A stretch of 20,125 bases of DNA from NCBI GenBank assembly GCA_031441465.1, contig JANOEP010000019.1, positions 1 to 20,125 on the forward strand, read 5' to 3'. The notes under the pieces were generated by a model. It was not told where the DNA came from. It made no database searches and was given only the letters and a program-made list of their open reading frames with translations. Position 1 is the first letter of the stretch. Every line of letters starts with the position of its first letter. Below are positions 16,693-20,125 of this stretch, piece after piece. The position numbers and the translations under genes are program-made. Source of the DNA: a bacterium (lineage in GTDB: Bacteria; Krumholzibacteriota; Krumholzibacteriia; LZORAL124-64-63).

Positions 16693-17766
16693 TCAACGTA
16701 CCTTCCCCGGCTGCCGGGATTCCTCCCACAGCCTGTGCATGGACGCGGCGAGCAACCGCCGCGGCGAACTCGATCCCGTGTTGCCGAACCAGCCCCGCAC
16801 GGGGCGGTTGTCCTGATCGATGTCGAAAGCGGCGGCCACCAACCCCGTGCGGGTGTCGACCGTGCGCAGGTGCAGCGAGAACGAGGACAGCGTCTCCCAG
16901 GGAACCGCGGACGCCGACGCGCCTTCTTCGGCCGCGGACGGGGCGGCCTGGTCCGGTTCGCGGGTGATCATTTCCAGCACGATCGCCTCGGGCGCGCCGA
17001 ACGTCTCGGCCAGGAGCGCCAGCCCGGATCGATCGAGCCGGCGCGGGTCGGCGCCTCCGGCCACCAGGGCGCCGCCCAGCACGGCCGGGTCCAGGACCGC
17101 GCACGCCGAGTCGGCCAGCGCGGCTTCGAGCAGGCACTGGGTCGCGATCTGGGCGGTCGCGGCGTCGAACCCCAGGGGATGGACCGCCAGCGGCGCGAGG
17201 GGCGCCCCCGACCGCGGCCGGTTCGTCGCGGCGAGCGTGGCGACGAGCCGGCGGCAGGCGATCGCGAAGTCGATCCGCCAGGCGGCGCCGCCCAGGGCGC
17301 ACGCTTCGGTGGCCGCCGACCCGATCAGGCCGGTGCCGGCGTCGAGGGTGCGGCCGGCCAGTTCGATGCGGTCGCGCCCGAGGTACAGGTGGACGAGCAG
17401 CAGGCGGTCCGCGCCCGCGCTGTCGAGATCGGCGAGGAAGGCCGGCGGGAGGAGCCGGCCGTCGCGGATCCGCCGGTGGCGCTGCAGGGCCAGCGACGAC
17501 GCGGCCGGCAGGGGCGCGCCGCCGTGGCGCGCGAGCGCGCCGGTCAGCTCCTGTTCGCCGAGCGCGCGCAGGTCGGCCAGGTCCGTCACGCCGCTGCCGT
17601 TGCCGGCGCCGGCCATGAACAGCAGGATGCAGGTGCGGCCGGTCGGGTCGGGTGCGGCGCGCTGCGCGGCGGCGGGGGTCGCACCCAGCAGGGACGACAG
17701 CAGCGCCAGGACCGCCGCGGCGTGCCTGAAGTGGGCGACCATGGGGCTGCCGGACGTCGCTCGCAT
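16693..17766 (-). CDS. Exported protein with two CsgG/TolB-N-like alpha/beta domains
   Basis: ATG 17766 overlaps the upstream stop (TGATG); alternative ATG 17742. Signal peptide ending AAA. Two copies of the strand motif (IELAGRTLDAGTGLI and FSLHLRTVDTRTGLV), each preceded by a GAD/GAP helix-strand element. Confidence 0.65.
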   Translation of the reverse strand: MRATSGSPMVAHFRHAAAVLALLSSLLGATPAAAQRAAPDPTGRTCILLFMAGAGNGSGVTDLADLRALGEQELTGALARHGGAPLPAASSLALQRHRRIRDGRLLPPAFLADLDSAGADRLLLVHLYLGRDRIELAGRTLDAGTGLIGSAATEACALGGAAWRIDFAIACRRLVATLAATNRPRSGAPLAPLAVHPLGFDAATAQIATQCLLEAALADSACAVLDPAVLGGALVAGGADPRRLDRSGLALLAETFGAPEAIVLEMITREPDQAAPSAAEEGASASAVPWETLSSFSLHLRTVDTRTGLVAAAFDIDQDNRPVRGWFGNTGSSSPRRLLAASMHRLWEESRQPGKVR

Positions 17767-18335
17767 CAGAACAGGGACTCCAGCGCGTCGCGCACCGCCC
17801 GGCGCGACACCTCGTGTTGGCTCGCCGAGTCGCCGCCGAAGAGCTTGCGCCAGAACGACGAGCCGTCGCGCGAGACCTGGGCGTTCCAGACCATGGTGCC
17901 GGTCTCGGTCTCCAGCATGGAGAACGACGCGGTCAGCGCGCAGGTCTGATCGCCGCCGCTGCGCCGCTGCCCGTAGTCCTCCACCGTGCCGGTGAAGATC
18001 GCCTGGGCGCCGAGCGCCTCGCCGAGCGTGACGACCTGTTCCGGCGTCAGGGGCGTGTCGGACCCCAGGCCGAGCCGGTTGCAGGCCGCCAGCGTCGCGC
18101 CCGGGTCGACGATGTCCAGCGCCTCGGTCTGCAGCAGTTCGGCCAGGAACACCGGCTGCAGCCGCGCCGCCGCGAAGCGGTCGGCGCTGAGATTGTGGAA
18201 CGGGACCACCGCGCAGCTCTTGACGAAGCTGAGATCCACGTCGGGATGGATGAAGTGCGTGGTCTGGGGCGCGCACCCGGCCAGCAGGGCCAGCCCGAGC
18301 GCGAGCGCGATCCGGATTTCCCGTCGATATGCCAT
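17766..18335 (-). CDS. CsgG/PelC/DUF799-like lipoprotein
   Basis: ATG 18335 with GGAGA RBS (alternative 18353); lipobox LAGC; AVVPFHNLS, LGEALGAQAIFTGTVEDY, MLETETGTMVW and amphipathic FWRKLFG. Confidence 0.8.
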   Translation of the reverse strand: MAYRREIRIALALGLALLAGCAPQTTHFIHPDVDLSFVKSCAVVPFHNLSADRFAAARLQPVFLAELLQTEALDIVDPGATLAACNRLGLGSDTPLTPEQVVTLGEALGAQAIFTGTVEDYGQRRSGGDQTCALTASFSMLETETGTMVWNAQVSRDGSSFWRKLFGGDSASQHEVSRRAVRDALESLF

Positions 18336-18373
18336 CGTCCCGTCTCCCGTCATGGCGGCCGCGCGGCCGCGCC

Positions 18374-20125
18374 TCAGAAGCTCCAGTGGACCCTGAAGCT
18401 GGTGTTGAAGGGCGAGTTCCGTTCGCCGTCGCGTTCGTATTCCTGGACCTCGAGTCCGCCTTCGAGCGTGAGGCGGGGGCGCGCGCGGCAGACCGCCTGC
18501 ACGGAGGCACCCTGCTGGTGGGTGTCGGTGCGCGTGTCGTGCTGGTCGCTGAGCGAGAACTGCAGGCTGACGCTGCCGCCGGGCAGCGGGGTCCAGGTCA
18601 GGTAGTGGCGCAGCATCCAGTCGTCCCTGAGGCGCTGCTCGTAGCGGGCGAGACTGTTCAGCGACAGCAGGGGCCGGATCTGCCAGCCGAGGTCGAGTTG
18701 CGTGTCGTTGAAGGGCGTGAATCCCGCGCCCGCGACCGTGCTCACCCAGCGGTTGACGCGGCGCAGGTTCAGGCTGAGTTGCGGCTTCGGGGCGCAGGTG
18801 ACGGTCGTGGAGACGGTCCATGACCGGGAGTCCTGGGTCGAAGCGTAGTCGTCGAGGCGCGCGTGGCTGACTTGCTGTTGCAGGCGGAACGCCGGGGCCG
18901 GCTGCCAGGCGACGTCCAGCGACACGTTTTCGGTGACCTTGTCGAGGTCGCGGCTGTGATCCACCAGGCGCGACCAGCCCAGCCGGCTCCAGAGGCGCTC
19001 GCGCTCGCGGCGGGTCAGCGAGAGGGTGGTGCCCGTCACGTCGGTGCTGCTGCGCGACGGGCTCTCCAGCTTGTCGACGTGGTAGGAACCGCTGGCCGTC
19101 CACAGGCCGCGGCGCCAGGTCGCGCCCAGGCGGTGGTCGGCGCCGCTGAGATCGCGCGCCGCATCGTCGAAGCGGCGCTCTTCGAAGCTGGCGTCGTAAG
19201 TCAGCGTGAGATCGCGGCGCGCGTCGTATTCCAGGTTGCCGATCAGCTGGTACCGCGAGACATCGCTCTCGGACGTCGCGCTGGATCCTGGCCCCTCGAT
19301 CTCGAGTTCGGTCAGGGCGATCACCGCTTCGGTGGGGCCGGTCTTGATGTCGACCAGCTTCAGGCGGCGCGCGGCGATCCCCGACGGGAACTCGATGAGC
19401 CAGCCCTGACGCCCGTTGCCCCAGTCCTGGTAGGCGGCGCGCGCGGCGCCGGGCGCCAACTCGGTCCAGGCGACGCCCTCGGGGTCGTCGTTGACGAAGA
19501 CGCGCCACTGCAGGAAAGCGGGGAAGCGCACGATGTCCGCGATGTAGAGAACGGCCTGGGTCATCTCCGTCGTCTCGCCGAAGTCCACCACGAGGTTGCG
19601 GTAGTCGCCGCCGTACTCGCGCACGACGGCCTGTTCGTCGCCGAGGTCCAGGCCCGCCGGCTGGTCGCGGTCCAGGTCGGCCAGGGCCGGCAGCGGCGTC
19701 GGTGCGGGTTCGAGGGGGTCGAGGCTCTCGGGAGTCCCATCCAAGACGTAGCCGATGGACAGCGGCACCAGCAGCGAGCGCCGGTCGCCGCCGAGATCGA
19801 TGGTCTGGTGCAGGAATCGGCTGCGGGCTTCCAGAGCGTAGCGGACCCGGTTGCCGTCCAGACGGCCCGACTTCCGGTACTGCGAGCTGTGACTGGTGAA
19901 GAGCCGCTTGGTGCCGCTGCTCACCGATCTCGTGTCGCTGCGGGTAAAACCGTAGCGCAGATCCCCGTAGCGTTGCCAAGAACGCTGGATGCCGGCGCTC
20001 AGCATCCGGTCGCGGTTCTCGGTTTCCGTCGGGGGCGTTTCGCGCCGCCAGGAGGCGGTGTCGCTGTAGCGCAGGTACCAGTCCCCCCAAGCGGGTACGC
20101 CGCGCACATTGGCGCCCCAGTCCAG
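18374..20125 (-). CDS. Outer-membrane beta-barrel protein with an inserted discoidin/F5-8-type-like domain, 5' end beyond the window
   Basis: The frame is open to the window edge (LDWGANVRGVPAW...). Many alternating amphipathic strands rich in W/Y/S/T/R. The C-terminus FRVHWSF ends in an aromatic residue like a BAM beta-signal. Confidence 0.78.
   Translation of the reverse strand: MDWGANVRGVPAWGDWYLRYSDTASWRRETPPTETENRDRMLSAGIQRSWQRYGDLRYGFTRSDTRSVSSGTKRLFTSHSSQYRKSGRLDGNRVRYALEARSRFLHQTIDLGGDRRSLLVPLSIGYVLDGTPESLDPLEPAPTPLPALADLDRDQPAGLDLGDEQAVVREYGGDYRNLVVDFGETTEMTQAVLYIADIVRFPAFLQWRVFVNDDPEGVAWTELAPGAARAAYQDWGNGRQGWLIEFPSGIAARRLKLVDIKTGPTEAVIALTELEIEGPGSSATSESDVSRYQLIGNLEYDARRDLTLTYDASFEERRFDDAARDLSGADHRLGATWRRGLWTASGSYHVDKLESPSRSSTDVTGTTLSLTRRERERLWSRLGWSRLVDHSRDLDKVTENVSLDVAWQPAPAFRLQQQVSHARLDDYASTQDSRSWTVSTTVTCAPKPQLSLNLRRVNRWVSTVAGAGFTPFNDTQLDLGWQIRPLLSLNSLARYEQRLRDDWMLRHYLTWTPLPGGSVSLQFSLSDQHDTRTDTHQQGASVQAVCRARPRLTLEGGLEVQEYERDGERNSPFNTSFRVHWSF

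Noticed and set aside
2179..17995. Many long plus-strand ORFs (e.g. 2179..3789, 5088..7220, 6775..8589, 9630..11468, 12308..14521, 14628..16607)
   Set aside because: These are antisense shadows of well-supported minus-strand genes. High GC suppresses stop codons, and the translations are low-information R/A/G/P-rich text without motifs.
18354..20090. 774-aa ORF suggesting a barrel-lipoprotein fusion or frameshift
   Set aside because: The upstream part is an off-frame reading of the barrel gene. The barrel has its own aromatic C-terminus and stop, and the lipoprotein has its own RBS and signal peptide.

Overview
High-GC bacterial DNA (roughly 70% by eye) dominated by one long minus-strand gene array that looks like a cytochrome-nanowire (extracellular electron transfer) locus. 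In transcription order from the right edge: a 5'-truncated outer-membrane beta-barrel with an inserted discoidin-like domain, a CsgG/PelC-like lipoprotein, a tandem CsgG-like periplasmic protein, a SurA/parvulin-like chaperone and a 1033-aa cytochrome c with 42 CxxCH motifs. An AT-rich terminator/promoter region follows, then an NHL beta-propeller and a hexaheme OmcS-family cytochrome that keeps the inter-subunit ligand His16. After a terminator comes a tightly coupled heme operon (hemE-hemN-hemH-hemY-ccsA/hemX-like-hemA) plus a DUF4126 gene. The content matches the omcS-companion (osc) assembly cluster known from Geobacter. It differs in gene order, in an apparently fused giant cytochrome and in the directly attached heme operon. 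The left end holds a DCC1-like oxidoreductase and a sharp junction at about 838/839, where two 5'-truncated genes (EEP phosphatase and MacB-type permease) meet back to back, probably a chimeric join. All family calls come from motif recognition and recalled reference sequences, not database searches.
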